Notes: generated by a model not told the origin, from the letters alone. Counted from the stretch's first letter, positions 28,636 to 38,194 are shown. The stretch: DNA of 57,097 nucleotides from Erysipelotrichaceae bacterium (GCA_003520745.1 DOUE01000022.1:10950-68046); one strand, 5' to 3'. Made by a program: numbers and translations.

Positions 28636-29503
28636 CTTTTTCTGCTCCGGATGTCAAACCATAAACCATATACTTCTGCATGAAGAATTGGATGATCATG
28701 ATCGGGATTGCGATCAGCAAGGCACCGGCCATGAAGTTCAAGGGATTATAGACCAAGGTCAACAAGGGGTCGGTCGTACGATACAACCAGACGGCGACCG
28801 TCATTTGTTCAGGCTGCAGGAAGACGGATTGCAGGATGTAGTCGAGCCAAGGACCCATGAAGGCGCCGACGGCCAGGAAACCGACGATCGGAACGATCAA
28901 GGGGAACAAGATGAGACGAAGGATCTGGATCGGGGTCGCACCGTCGATCGCGGCGGCTTCATCCAAGGATTTCGGGATGTTGCGCATGAATCCGCGGACT
29001 AGGAACGTGTTGTACGGAATGGAACCGGCGGTGTAGATCAAGGCGAGGTAGTTGGGCTTGTTGAGGAAACCGAAGGTCCTGAACAGCAAGAACAAGGCGA
29101 TCATCCCCATGAACGACGGGAACATCTGCAGGATCATCATCGTCAGCAACATTTGCTTTTTACCCTTGAAACGCAGACGGGCGAAGGCGAAACCGGTGAT
29201 GACGGCGAAGAAGACGACGCCGACGGTGTTGAGAACCGCGATCTGCAAGGTGCGTACGAACGCGCCGGGATAGTCGGCGAACAACGACGCCGGGTTGGAT
29301 TTATACGTGAAGATGTAGTTGAAGTGTTCTAGCGACCATTTGGTGAAATCCGGAATCAACGGAACGCCCGACAGGAGTTTTCCCGGGGTGAAGGCGGCGG
29401 ATACCATCCAAATCAGAGGGACGAGAACGATGATCGCTCCCAGAATGAGCCAGATATGCGTTACGATGTTCATTAGGATATCCGATGCGCGATATTTTTT
29501 CAT
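28631..29503 (-). CDS. malG: Maltodextrin ABC permease
   Basis: 290 aa with 6 TM segments and EAA loop DEAAAIDGATPIQILRLILFP. Confidence 0.85.
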   Translation of the reverse strand: MKKYRASDILMNIVTHIWLILGAIIVLVPLIWMVSAAFTPGKLLSGVPLIPDFTKWSLEHFNYIFTYKSNPASLFADYPGAFVRTLQIAVLNTVGVVFFAVITGFAFARLRFKGKKQMLLTMMILQMFPSFMGMIALFLLFRTFGFLNKPNYLALIYTAGSIPYNTFLVRGFMRNIPKSLDEAAAIDGATPIQILRLILFPLIVPIVGFLAVGAFMGPWLDYILQSVFLQPEQMTVAVWLYRTTDPLLTLVYNPLNFMAGALLIAIPIMIIQFFMQKYMVYGLTSGAEKG

Positions 29504-29506
29504 GGC

Positions 29507-31069
29507 TTATTCCTCCTCCCAGATGCCTTTGGAGCGTGCAAGGTTGACCACCGAAATCGATCCGATGAAGATGAAGATCAAGATGGAGTAAACCGCTGCG
29601 ATGTTGAAGAGCTGTGCGTTGTTCGAGAATGAAAGTTTATAAATCCAGGAAATCAGGATGTCGGTCTGGCCGGGGATGCCGCCCATGACCTGCATGCTGA
29701 GGGGGATTTGTTCTAGATTGTATGCGGGTCCGCCTCCGGTCAGGAAGTAGATCGCGCCGAAGTTGTTGAAGTTGTAGGTGAAGGTCATGATGATCGCAGG
29801 CAAGGTCGCCCGTAGAATCAACGGTAAGGTGATGTTGCGGAAGGCCTGCCATTTGCTGGCCCCGTCGATCGCCGCGGCTTCATAGAGATCCTTCGGCAAG
29901 GTCGTCAAGACCCCCGTAATCAACATCATGAAATACGGGGCGCCCAACCATAGATTGACCAGGATGACGACCGCTTTCGCCAGATTCCCGTTATAGTTGA
30001 CCGTCAACCAGGAAATGACCGTATCGGGTCTGCCTTGCAATCCGATCTTGAAGAGGAAGTCGGATACCGCAGGCATCAAGCCCGTCTTCAATAACAACTG
30101 GTTGGCTAATCCTGTGTTTTCGAAAACGTTTCTGAAAACCATCAACGAAATCATCGCCGGGACCGCCCAAGGGACGATCATGATGGTACGCCAGAACTTT
30201 TTGAGTTTGACGTATTTCGATTCGATGATGATCGCTTGGATCAACCCCATGATATAGCAGGTCGCACTCGCCATGATGGCATAGAAGAACGTCCAGCCTA
30301 AGATCTGCGAGAACACCGAGAACCATCCCGGGTCGCCCGCGATCATGGCGAAGTTCTTGAACCCGACCCATTCGATCAAACGTGAAGGAACCGGAATCCG
30401 ATAGGTATAGTTGGTAAACGCCAACAAGAACGAGAACATGAACGGGATCAAGGTAAAGAAGAGAACCATGACCAAAGTCGGCACCAGGATAAGATACGGG
30501 AACATATCCGACCATAGGCGTTTCACATACTCTTTGCCGGTTTCGACGATGCCGTGTTTCAAGATCGTTTTACGGGAAACATACGCATCGCGGATATTGT
30601 AGATCCATACCGCGATGACGATCGAACTCAACACCAACGCGATCAACCCGCTACCAAGCAAAGTGACCGAGTTATCCGCGGACAGCCAAGGGATGATCTT
30701 GTTGAAGGTTTCGACCGCTTGACCGCGATAGAGTTCGCCGCGTACGACTTTCCCCAAGGTCGCCAAACCCCATAACCCCTTACTGAAGATTCCGCCATAG
30801 TCACGGATGAAATAGATCTGACTGCCGGGATCCGCCGGATATTGCGCCAGGTCGGAAAAAATGTAGAAGTATCCTCCGGTAAACAACTCCGTCAGGAAAG
30901 CGACTGCCCCGAATCCAAGAAACGTAAATCCCTTCGCTTTCTGCTTGTTGCGGAACTGGCCTAAGCCCATCACAAAAAAAGACATGACAGCGGATTTCAA
31001 TGCATCCGGGTTGTCCTTGATGTCTTTCAGGAGTTCATTCCACCGTTGGCCGAATTTTTTCTTCTTCAT
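29507..31069 (-). CDS. malF: Maltodextrin ABC permease (long MalF type)
   Basis: Start trimmed to MKKKKFGQRW (ATG 31067-31069, GGAGGG RBS). EAA loop YEAAAIDGASKWQAFRNITLP and an extended N-terminal domain. Confidence 0.85.
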   Translation of the reverse strand: MKKKKFGQRWNELLKDIKDNPDALKSAVMSFFVMGLGQFRNKQKAKGFTFLGFGAVAFLTELFTGGYFYIFSDLAQYPADPGSQIYFIRDYGGIFSKGLWGLATLGKVVRGELYRGQAVETFNKIIPWLSADNSVTLLGSGLIALVLSSIVIAVWIYNIRDAYVSRKTILKHGIVETGKEYVKRLWSDMFPYLILVPTLVMVLFFTLIPFMFSFLLAFTNYTYRIPVPSRLIEWVGFKNFAMIAGDPGWFSVFSQILGWTFFYAIMASATCYIMGLIQAIIIESKYVKLKKFWRTIMIVPWAVPAMISLMVFRNVFENTGLANQLLLKTGLMPAVSDFLFKIGLQGRPDTVISWLTVNYNGNLAKAVVILVNLWLGAPYFMMLITGVLTTLPKDLYEAAAIDGASKWQAFRNITLPLILRATLPAIIMTFTYNFNNFGAIYFLTGGGPAYNLEQIPLSMQVMGGIPGQTDILISWIYKLSFSNNAQLFNIAAVYSILIFIFIGSISVVNLARSKGIWEEE

Positions 31070-31124
31070 AATATACCCTCCTGTTGTTATTGTGCCATGA
31101 TTCTTGTGATTCTTCAAGGGTTAT

Positions 31125-31138
31125 GGTAAGCGTTTACA
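31125..31138 (-). promoter_or_regulatory. cre-like box in the malF / neopullulanase divergent region
   Basis: Minus strand TGTAAACGCTTACC matches the cre consensus at 13 of 14 positions. Confidence 0.45.
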
Positions 31139-31222
31139 TCATGATTCCCTCTGAAACCCTTTTCGCAAGGAAGTCGGTTGACATTTCCTTCCGGGTGGTT
31201 CAAAATATCGGCGAGGTGACCC

Positions 31223-32908
31223 ATGAACATCAACGCAATTTACCACCGGTCGCAAGACAACTGGTGTTTCCCCTATGACGACCATTCCGTGGAACTTCGG
31301 ATCCGCACCGGCTTGGAAGTGACGAAAGTCGTCTGCGAGTATGGCGACCAGCACGAAGGCACGGTCCTCTTTTCGAAGTGGAAATGGAAATCGCATGCGA
31401 TCGAAATGAAACGTAGCGGTCAAACCGCCCATCATCAATACTGGACATGCATCGTCACCCCCTCGAATCGACGCATGAAATATCACTTCATCCTATCCGA
31501 TGATCACGAAACCCTCGTTTTCGGCGAAACCAGCGTCCTTCCTCCCGATGAAGAACCCGATAACTTCAACTATTTCTTTTTCCCGTACTTCCATCGCAAA
31601 GAACGCTATTTCGCCCCTGCCTGGGTCAAGGATACCGTTTGGTACCAGATTTTCCCCGATCGTTTCGCCAATCAAGGAAACAGAGGGTTCAAAGCCTGGC
31701 ATAACGGTCCCGTGAAGAATTCCGACCATTACGGAGGCAACCTGAAAGGCATTCTTGAACACTTGGATTACTTGAAGGAATTAGGCATCAGTGGGATTTA
31801 TCTCACCCCGGTTTTCGCCTCCCCCACCACCCATAAATACGACACGCAGGACTATTTCACGATCGACCCGGACTTCGGTACGAAAGAAGATTTGATCGAA
31901 CTGGTAAAACAAGCGCATCGCAGAGGGATCAAAGTCATGTTGGACGCGGTGTTCAACCATGCCGGCGACCGATTCAAAAAGTGGATGGATGTGAAAAACA
32001 ATCCGGACTCGAACGATCGCGACTGGTTCTTCCTTGATGAGAAGAATCATTATGAAACATTCGCGTTTGCGAAAAACATGCCCAAACTCAATACCGAAAA
32101 CCCCGATGTCATCGATTACTTCTGCACCGTCGGGAAATACTGGATCGAGACCGCCGACATCGACGGTTGGCGATTGGATGTCGCCAATGAAATCAGCCAT
32201 ACGTTCTGGCGCGCGTTCAGACACGAAGTCCGCTCCGTCAAACCCGATGTCTATATCCTGGGCGAAGTCTGGCACGATGCGATGCCGTGGCTGCAAGGCG
32301 ACCAATTCGACGCCGTCATGAATTATCCCTACACGAAAATCCTGTTGGACTTGATCGCTCATGAGCGCATCGGCCTCGAAGAATTCAGAGCCGGGATCGA
32401 TGAAATCCGCAACCATTACCCCTCGATCGTCCAAGCCAACCAATTCAACCTCTTCGACAGCCATGACACCGCACGACTGACCACCCTATGTAAGAACGAC
32501 CTTACCAAAGTCAAAGGGGCGCTCGCTTTTCTCTTGGTCTCCCCTGGTTCACCTTGCATTTATTACGGTACGGAAATCGCGATGGAAGGCGGAAACGACC
32601 CGGATTGCCGGAGATTGATGCAATGGAATCCAGATCCAAAAAACCATGAATTGTTTAAACTGATCCAAACCTTCATCCAACTCCGCAAAGACCATCCCGC
32701 CTTGTCAAACGACGGTGACTGGAAGTGGATTGAAACCGCAAAAGAAGTCATCGCCTTTACTCGTTCAACGACGGATGAAACCTTTTCTTTCTATTACAAT
32801 CCGACAACCCGTCCGGTCTCGATTGAACAAAGAAAAGGCGAATCCCTCTATGGATCCGCCTCTGTGATTCTTGCGCCTGGGCAAATACAGCTCATCAAAG
32901 AAATGTAA
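31223..32908 (+). CDS. Neopullulanase / cyclomaltodextrinase / maltogenic amylase (GH13_20-like)
   Basis: 561 aa. N-domain MNINAIYHRSQDNWCFPYD, then DAVFNHAGD, DGWRLDVANEI, ILGEVWHD, LFDSHDTARL. Confidence 0.88.
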   Translation: MNINAIYHRSQDNWCFPYDDHSVELRIRTGLEVTKVVCEYGDQHEGTVLFSKWKWKSHAIEMKRSGQTAHHQYWTCIVTPSNRRMKYHFILSDDHETLVFGETSVLPPDEEPDNFNYFFFPYFHRKERYFAPAWVKDTVWYQIFPDRFANQGNRGFKAWHNGPVKNSDHYGGNLKGILEHLDYLKELGISGIYLTPVFASPTTHKYDTQDYFTIDPDFGTKEDLIELVKQAHRRGIKVMLDAVFNHAGDRFKKWMDVKNNPDSNDRDWFFLDEKNHYETFAFAKNMPKLNTENPDVIDYFCTVGKYWIETADIDGWRLDVANEISHTFWRAFRHEVRSVKPDVYILGEVWHDAMPWLQGDQFDAVMNYPYTKILLDLIAHERIGLEEFRAGIDEIRNHYPSIVQANQFNLFDSHDTARLTTLCKNDLTKVKGALAFLLVSPGSPCIYYGTEIAMEGGNDPDCRRLMQWNPDPKNHELFKLIQTFIQLRKDHPALSNDGDWKWIETAKEVIAFTRSTTDETFSFYYNPTTRPVSIEQRKGESLYGSASVILAPGQIQLIKEM

Positions 32909-33022
32909 TGACATGTAATAATTCGTTATTGTTTCATTGACGAGTACTGTTCTAAACACTCTATCGATCGTTCGTTGAGTTCATCTTTATGTATGTTGAA
33001 CATTTTAAGCATGAAATCATAA

Positions 33023-33913
33023 CTATTTTTTAGGTACGTTTAGCTGTTCCAACAATATCCCGACATTGCTTGGCCGATCCGCAACCAAGGCTCCCGCCTT
33101 CGTCAACGCTTCGATTTTATCTTCCACAGCGCCTTTACCACCTGTGATGATCGCGCCGGCATGACCCATCTTCTGTCCTTTGGGAGCCGTTCTGCCACCG
33201 AGAAATGCGACCAGCGGTTTGGTGAAAACGCCTTTTTCCATCGCTTCCGCAACCTCTTCTTCCATCGTCCCGCCCAGCTCGCCGATGATGACCACGGCTT
33301 CGGTTTGTTCATCCTGCTGGTAATAGGGTAGCATTTCCGCGAATCGGGTTGCGGGAACCGGATCGCCACCGACGCCGATCAGCGTCGAAACGCCGTATCC
33401 TCGTTTTACGATCATCGCGGTAACTTCGTTGGTCAATGAACCGCTACGTGTCATGACACCGATATTGCCGCGCTTATATACGCGTTGGATCCAATAGGGG
33501 AAACTGCCCATCATCGCTTCTTCCGGCGATATGACTCCGGAGGTGTTTCCGCCGATGACCAGTGCATCATGCTCGAGTGCCGCATGGCGTATGGCGACCA
33601 TATCGAAAAGCGGTATGCCGTCAGCCATCGTAACGATCTTCTTGATTCCGTTGGCAAGCGCTTCAAATACGGCGTCCTTCGTGAGTTTCGGGGGGACGAA
33701 AATCATGGATGCATCGACTTCATGATTTCTTAATGCCCGCTCGACCGAATGGTAAACCGGTATATCATGGATGGTTTGACCTTCTTTTGCAGGGGTGACA
33801 CCACAGATGACCTGGGTTCCCAAATCAATCATGTGCTTTGTCCAAAAACTACCCTCCGAGCCGGTGATCCCCTGAACTAAAACACGTGTATTCCGATCGA
33901 TGAAAATACTCAT
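33023..33913 (-). CDS. ADP-forming acyl-CoA ligase, alpha (CoA-binding/phosphohistidine) subunit, SucD-like; predicted sulfoacetate-CoA ligase subunit
   Basis: 296 aa. Motifs: VLVQGITGSEGSFWTK, SGSLTNEV and GHAGAIITGG (catalytic His loop). It overlaps the beta subunit gene by 4 nt. Confidence 0.8.
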   Translation of the reverse strand: MSIFIDRNTRVLVQGITGSEGSFWTKHMIDLGTQVICGVTPAKEGQTIHDIPVYHSVERALRNHEVDASMIFVPPKLTKDAVFEALANGIKKIVTMADGIPLFDMVAIRHAALEHDALVIGGNTSGVISPEEAMMGSFPYWIQRVYKRGNIGVMTRSGSLTNEVTAMIVKRGYGVSTLIGVGGDPVPATRFAEMLPYYQQDEQTEAVVIIGELGGTMEEEVAEAMEKGVFTKPLVAFLGGRTAPKGQKMGHAGAIITGGKGAVEDKIEALTKAGALVADRPSNVGILLEQLNVPKK

Positions 33914-35034
33914 ATCTTCGTCTCCTTCGCTAAGGCAACCGCCAAGCGAACCGCTTCTTCCGTATCAAAAAGTGGATTCAATCCGGCTTTTCGCAGAGTT
34001 TCGACAGCTTCAACTTCATTAGTCCCACGGATACACGTCACGATTGGACGATCCGGTTTTAATTTACCGATGGCTTCAACAATGCCTTGCGCCATCACAT
34101 CGGCACGGGCGATCGTTCCAAAGGTCACGATCAAGATGACTTTCGACGGAACTTTTAAACAGATTTCCATGGCTTTCATCGCTTTTTTATAGTGAGGTCC
34201 GCCAAATTCCAGATAATTCGCGATCGTTCCGCCTTCATAGTGAACCAAGTCGTAAACGGTCGTGGTTAATCCGGCTCCTGCGCACATCAAACTGATGTCG
34301 CCATCAAACTGAATGAACGGTATGCCTTCTTCCGCCGCCAAGCGCTCTGCTTCGTTTTCGATATCCCCCAGCGGAACGGAAATGTCTTCATGTCGAAACA
34401 TGGAGTTGTCATCGATCGAACACTTCCCATCCCCGGCAACCAACTCGTTTGATTTGGTGATGAAAAGCGGATTGATTTCCAATAACTCACAATCATACTG
34501 AACAAACAAACGATACAGTTTAACCAGCAATTGGGTAAATTTCTTTGCGATTTCAGGATCAAAGCCACATTCATACGCGATGTGGTTGGCTTGATATGCT
34601 TGTAACCCGAGGTTCATATCGATTTTTGTCTGAAGGATCTTATGTGGCTGTTCAATGGCCAATGTTTCGATATCGACGCCGCCGGTAGCGCTGACGATGG
34701 ATAGGGCTGATCCGCTGATTGGATCGATCGTAAATGAAGCATAGACTTCATGGGCAATATCCACGGCTTCTTCGATGAGCAAGGATGATATTTTTTGAGG
34801 CAGGGCAAACAGTCGGGTGACTTCTTCCATCCCTTTACCCTCGTTTTTTACAAACTGAATCAATCCGGCTTTGCCGCGTCCGCCACTCAACACCTGAGAT
34901 TTGATGACACAGGGAAACCCGATTTGAGCAAACGCTTCAGACGCCTGATCGACGCGATGAATCAATTGGCTTTTCGGAACAATGATCCCTGCATTTTTAA
35001 ACAGGTCTTTTACTTGATATTCAAAAAGTTTCAT
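33910..35034 (-). CDS. ADP-forming acyl-CoA ligase, beta (ATP-grasp) subunit, SucC-like; predicted sulfoacetate-CoA ligase subunit
   Basis: 374 aa. MKLFEYQVKDLFKNAGIIVPKS and KSQVLSGGRGKAG indicate an ATP-grasp fold. The start overlaps the ALDH stop. Confidence 0.8.
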   Translation of the reverse strand: MKLFEYQVKDLFKNAGIIVPKSQLIHRVDQASEAFAQIGFPCVIKSQVLSGGRGKAGLIQFVKNEGKGMEEVTRLFALPQKISSLLIEEAVDIAHEVYASFTIDPISGSALSIVSATGGVDIETLAIEQPHKILQTKIDMNLGLQAYQANHIAYECGFDPEIAKKFTQLLVKLYRLFVQYDCELLEINPLFITKSNELVAGDGKCSIDDNSMFRHEDISVPLGDIENEAERLAAEEGIPFIQFDGDISLMCAGAGLTTTVYDLVHYEGGTIANYLEFGGPHYKKAMKAMEICLKVPSKVILIVTFGTIARADVMAQGIVEAIGKLKPDRPIVTCIRGTNEVEAVETLRKAGLNPLFDTEEAVRLAVALAKETKI

Positions 35035-36443
35035 CAGCGATCCTTCTTCCCGCTGGCGAAATAGGCTCCGAATATTTCTTCATCACTCGGACGGACGGGC
35101 GGAAAGAACTCGGAAACCCAGGTCGTGTTGATGAAATGCTTGTACGTGATGTTTTCCGAGGTGATGTTTCCACCCCAACTGCCACATCCCAAGGATACGG
35201 TCGATGGCATGCCGTTAAAGAATGCGCCACCGTTCCCTGCGGCTTGCGCCTGATTGACTAGCACCCGGCTGCTACGGATTCTTGAGCCGATGTACTTAAC
35301 ATATTCATCGTTGAAGGTATGTATTCCACAGGAATGTCCGGTACCGTAATTATCGGTTAGTCTTTCGAGAATGCGATACCCTTCTTCAAAGGTTGCGTAC
35401 TTAAAGACCGTCAATACGGGGGACAGTTTTTCTTGGGAGAAAAAGTCGGATTCGATATCTTCCCTACCTTCGACGAGCAAAACTTTCACAGAATCGTCCA
35501 CCGTCAACATGGCTCCTTGAGCAATGGACCGTGCGGATTGAGCGATGATTTTGGGGTTGATCGAGCGATATCCTTTGTCGTTTAAAGGCCACATATACAT
35601 CGATAATTGTTCGCGCATGTCTTCGGAAACTAGGTAGGCACCCAGTGAAATCAACTGTTCGATCATTTGATCATAAATCGACTCATGAATGATGATGGAG
35701 TTTTCACTTGAACACGATGTCGCATGATCAAATGCTTTACTACCCATGATTTTCGTGGCAGCGTCTTTCACATTGGCGTCTTCGGCGACGATGGATACTG
35801 AATTACCGGGTCCGACGCCATAGGCCGGTTTACCGGATGAGTATGCGGCTTTAACCATCGCCCCGCCTCCGGTCGCAAGTACGACATCGACTTGTTTCAT
35901 GAGTTCTTCCGTGACTTCGATGGAGGGTTCATCAATGACTTGGATGAGATCTTCAGGAGCGTTGACCTTGCGAAGTCCGTCCCTCATAAATTGCACGGCC
36001 ATGGCCGTCGCTTTTTTGGATCTCGGATGCGGCGCAAAGATAACGGCGTTTCTACCTTTTAAGATCGTGATCCCATTGCTGGCAGGTGTCGCCGTCGGAT
36101 TGGTTACGGGAGTCAATGCGCCGACAACGCCAACCGGTTTGGCGAATTTCCTGATTTTCTTTACCTCGTCCACTTCAATGCAACCCACGGACTTGGCATG
36201 TTGGACATCTTTTAAAACACCGAGCACTTTGTTTTTGTGTTTAGTGATTTTGTCCTGGACATTCCCCATCTTCGTTTCTTCGACCGCAAGTTTAGCCAGT
36301 ATCTCAATGTTATGATCATTGTATACTTCCCAACCGATCGCTACACAAACTTCATCGATTTGCTCTTGGGTGTAAAACTGGATTTGTTTCTGTGCAGCTT
36401 TCGCCCTCTTTACGTAGGACGACACATACTCTTTCGAACTCAT
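35034..36443 (-). CDS. CoA-acylating aldehyde dehydrogenase (EutE/PduP/SauS-like); predicted sulfoacetaldehyde dehydrogenase (acylating)
   Basis: 469 aa ALDH fold. The short C-terminus and catalytic Cys segment FDHATSCSSENS are typical of acylating ALDHs. It lies directly upstream of the CoA ligase genes. Confidence 0.8.
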   Translation of the reverse strand: MSSKEYVSSYVKRAKAAQKQIQFYTQEQIDEVCVAIGWEVYNDHNIEILAKLAVEETKMGNVQDKITKHKNKVLGVLKDVQHAKSVGCIEVDEVKKIRKFAKPVGVVGALTPVTNPTATPASNGITILKGRNAVIFAPHPRSKKATAMAVQFMRDGLRKVNAPEDLIQVIDEPSIEVTEELMKQVDVVLATGGGAMVKAAYSSGKPAYGVGPGNSVSIVAEDANVKDAATKIMGSKAFDHATSCSSENSIIIHESIYDQMIEQLISLGAYLVSEDMREQLSMYMWPLNDKGYRSINPKIIAQSARSIAQGAMLTVDDSVKVLLVEGREDIESDFFSQEKLSPVLTVFKYATFEEGYRILERLTDNYGTGHSCGIHTFNDEYVKYIGSRIRSSRVLVNQAQAAGNGGAFFNGMPSTVSLGCGSWGGNITSENITYKHFINTTWVSEFFPPVRPSDEEIFGAYFASGKKDR

Positions 36444-36453
36444 ATTTTCTCCT

Positions 36454-37695
36454 TTATTTTATGATGCCTAGCCGGTGAAGCAGTCCTAAGAAAGTGGACA
36501 CGAAGGCTAAGGCAATGAACGCTACGATATACATTTTTTTGAAAAGCTTCTTCTCATCGACTCCTGCGGGTAAACTGCCCAAAGCCAGGGCTCCCATGAC
36601 GGATAGCGGACTCATGGTGGTCATATGCGAGGCGACCGCTATGGTCATCGTCAGGACTGCCGGACTCACCGCAAAGTTCAGACTTTCCGATAAGGCGACC
36701 GTCGTGGGTATCAGCGTCGGCATGACCACGCCGACCGCCGAAGCGAAGGTCGCCATGGTTCCGGAAAGAATCGATATGATGAAAACCGCGGTCTGACCAT
36801 TCGTAATCTTTGCTAGAAAATCGGTCATCATTTGAATGCCGCCGAGTTCACCGACGACACTGATCAAAACGGCTGCTCCGCAAATTTGAAGGATGGTTGT
36901 CCACGGAACGTGTTGAACGGCTTGTTGCTGATTGCCGGCTTTGAGAAAGAAGAGTCCGACTGCGAGGGTAAATCCAGCGAAACCGACGTGGGCTTTCCCG
37001 AAGATGACCCAGAGAATCAAGACCAGAATACTAAGCAATGTCAGTTTTTGCTCATAGGTGAAGGGTAACGGTGGTGAAACCTCCGTTTTCTGACCATTCA
37101 TCTTATAGCCTTTCATCGCGATAAAAAAGAGCGTTGAAAAGATGACGATGCTGATCATGTTTAGCAGGTAGATCGATATTCCGAGTTCTCCCACATTGTT
37201 TAATCGAGCCAGTTCCAAGGCGACGATCCCATTGGGGGCAATGGGGGACAATCCGCCGGCGATGGATCCTTGAATGATCAGGACGCTCATCAACAGTAAA
37301 GACATATTGGATTGATAGGCAATGGCTAACCCAATGGGTAAAAGCAGGGCCGCTGCTGAAATGTTCCCGGGTCCGATGGAAGCAAGTCCCAATGACAGCA
37401 CAAAGAAAATAATCTGGATCTTGATTTTGCTGCCCTTGCTGCGATAGATGATCATGGTTGACAGGTTTTCAAGGGTTCCGTTGATTTTCGCGATACTGAA
37501 AAACAATGTGACTCCTACCGTGGTGAAAAATAGGTTTAGCGGCCAAAATCCAATGATCGTGTTGGGGCTTAATCCACCTAGCGTCGTTCCTAGGAAGAAA
37601 GCAAATACGAGTGCGATAAACCCTACGTTGATATTCGTGGCTATGCCAATGATAATTGCGACTAAAATTGACAGTAGCGATATGATTTCAATCAT
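36454..37695 (-). CDS. Ion-transporter-superfamily anion permease (ArsB/NhaD/DASS-like); candidate sulfoacetate exporter
   Basis: 413 aa, highly hydrophobic with ~11-12 TM segments and an internal two-fold repeat organisation. It is embedded in the SQ operon. Confidence 0.55.
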   Translation of the reverse strand: MIEIISLLSILVAIIIGIATNINVGFIALVFAFFLGTTLGGLSPNTIIGFWPLNLFFTTVGVTLFFSIAKINGTLENLSTMIIYRSKGSKIKIQIIFFVLSLGLASIGPGNISAAALLLPIGLAIAYQSNMSLLLMSVLIIQGSIAGGLSPIAPNGIVALELARLNNVGELGISIYLLNMISIVIFSTLFFIAMKGYKMNGQKTEVSPPLPFTYEQKLTLLSILVLILWVIFGKAHVGFAGFTLAVGLFFLKAGNQQQAVQHVPWTTILQICGAAVLISVVGELGGIQMMTDFLAKITNGQTAVFIISILSGTMATFASAVGVVMPTLIPTTVALSESLNFAVSPAVLTMTIAVASHMTTMSPLSVMGALALGSLPAGVDEKKLFKKMYIVAFIALAFVSTFLGLLHRLGIIK

Positions 37696-37707
37696 ACATG
37701 TTGCTTC

Positions 37708-38190
37708 TTACTGACGATGAAAGCTTTCTTTCTCAATTTTGGCTACGGCTTCCTTGGCCTTAACTAAGTTTTTAGCCCTCCATTCTTCCAGATTTTGGGT
37801 AAATTCGGTATTTAAGAAGGTTTTGGTCATTTCGACACCCATGATCGGCGCAATGATCCATCCACCCATACATAGAATGTTGGCGTCGTTGATGGCACGG
37901 CACTTCTCGGCTGCATATACGGATTCGCAGGCTGCCCCGAAAACACCTTCATGCTTGTTGGCGACGATGGACATGCCCATGCCGGTTCCGCAAATCAGGA
38001 TGCCTCTTGTGTATTCTTTGGATTGAATTTTCAGTGCGCCTTTAAGCGCAACATCGAAGAAAGGCGCAGGTTTTTCTTCATCGGTGGTGCCGATGTCTTC
38101 GACTTCATAGGCTTCGCCAAGTAGATATTGTTTAATGGCTTCTTTCAATGCAAACCCGGATTTGTCTGATCCGATAAAGATTTTTTTCAT
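37708..38190 (-). CDS. RpiB/LacA/LacB-family sugar(-phosphate) isomerase; candidate 4-deoxy-4-sulfoerythrose isomerase
   Basis: Start trimmed to MKKIFIGSDKSGFALK (ATG 38188-38190). Motifs: ILICGTGMGMSIVANK and NILCMGG. Confidence 0.8.
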   Translation of the reverse strand: MKKIFIGSDKSGFALKEAIKQYLLGEAYEVEDIGTTDEEKPAPFFDVALKGALKIQSKEYTRGILICGTGMGMSIVANKHEGVFGAACESVYAAEKCRAINDANILCMGGWIIAPIMGVEMTKTFLNTEFTQNLEEWRAKNLVKAKEAVAKIEKESFHRQ

Positions 38191-38194
38191 ATTA

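Noticed and set aside
31178-31206. TTGACA-17-CAAAAT as the neopullulanase promoter
   Set aside because: The hexamers look good, but the predicted TSS (about 31213) would fall inside the GAGGTG RBS (31213-31218), only ~10 nt before the ATG. It is either a near-leaderless arrangement or a chance match, so I did not report it as a feature.
32960-32968. Shared 9-mer TCTATCGAT at both borders of the SQ region (also 47482-47490) as possible insertion target-site repeats
   Set aside because: A 9-nt match between a ~110-bp and a ~300-bp AT-rich spacer is expected by chance at roughly 10% probability. There is no flanking inverted repeat or recombinase.
33023-35034. Reading the SucC/SucD-like pair as the housekeeping succinyl-CoA synthetase of a TCA cycle
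   Set aside because: No other TCA gene is nearby. The pair is translationally coupled to an acylating ALDH inside a sulfosugar operon. This still needs a biochemical test and is not excluded by sequence alone.
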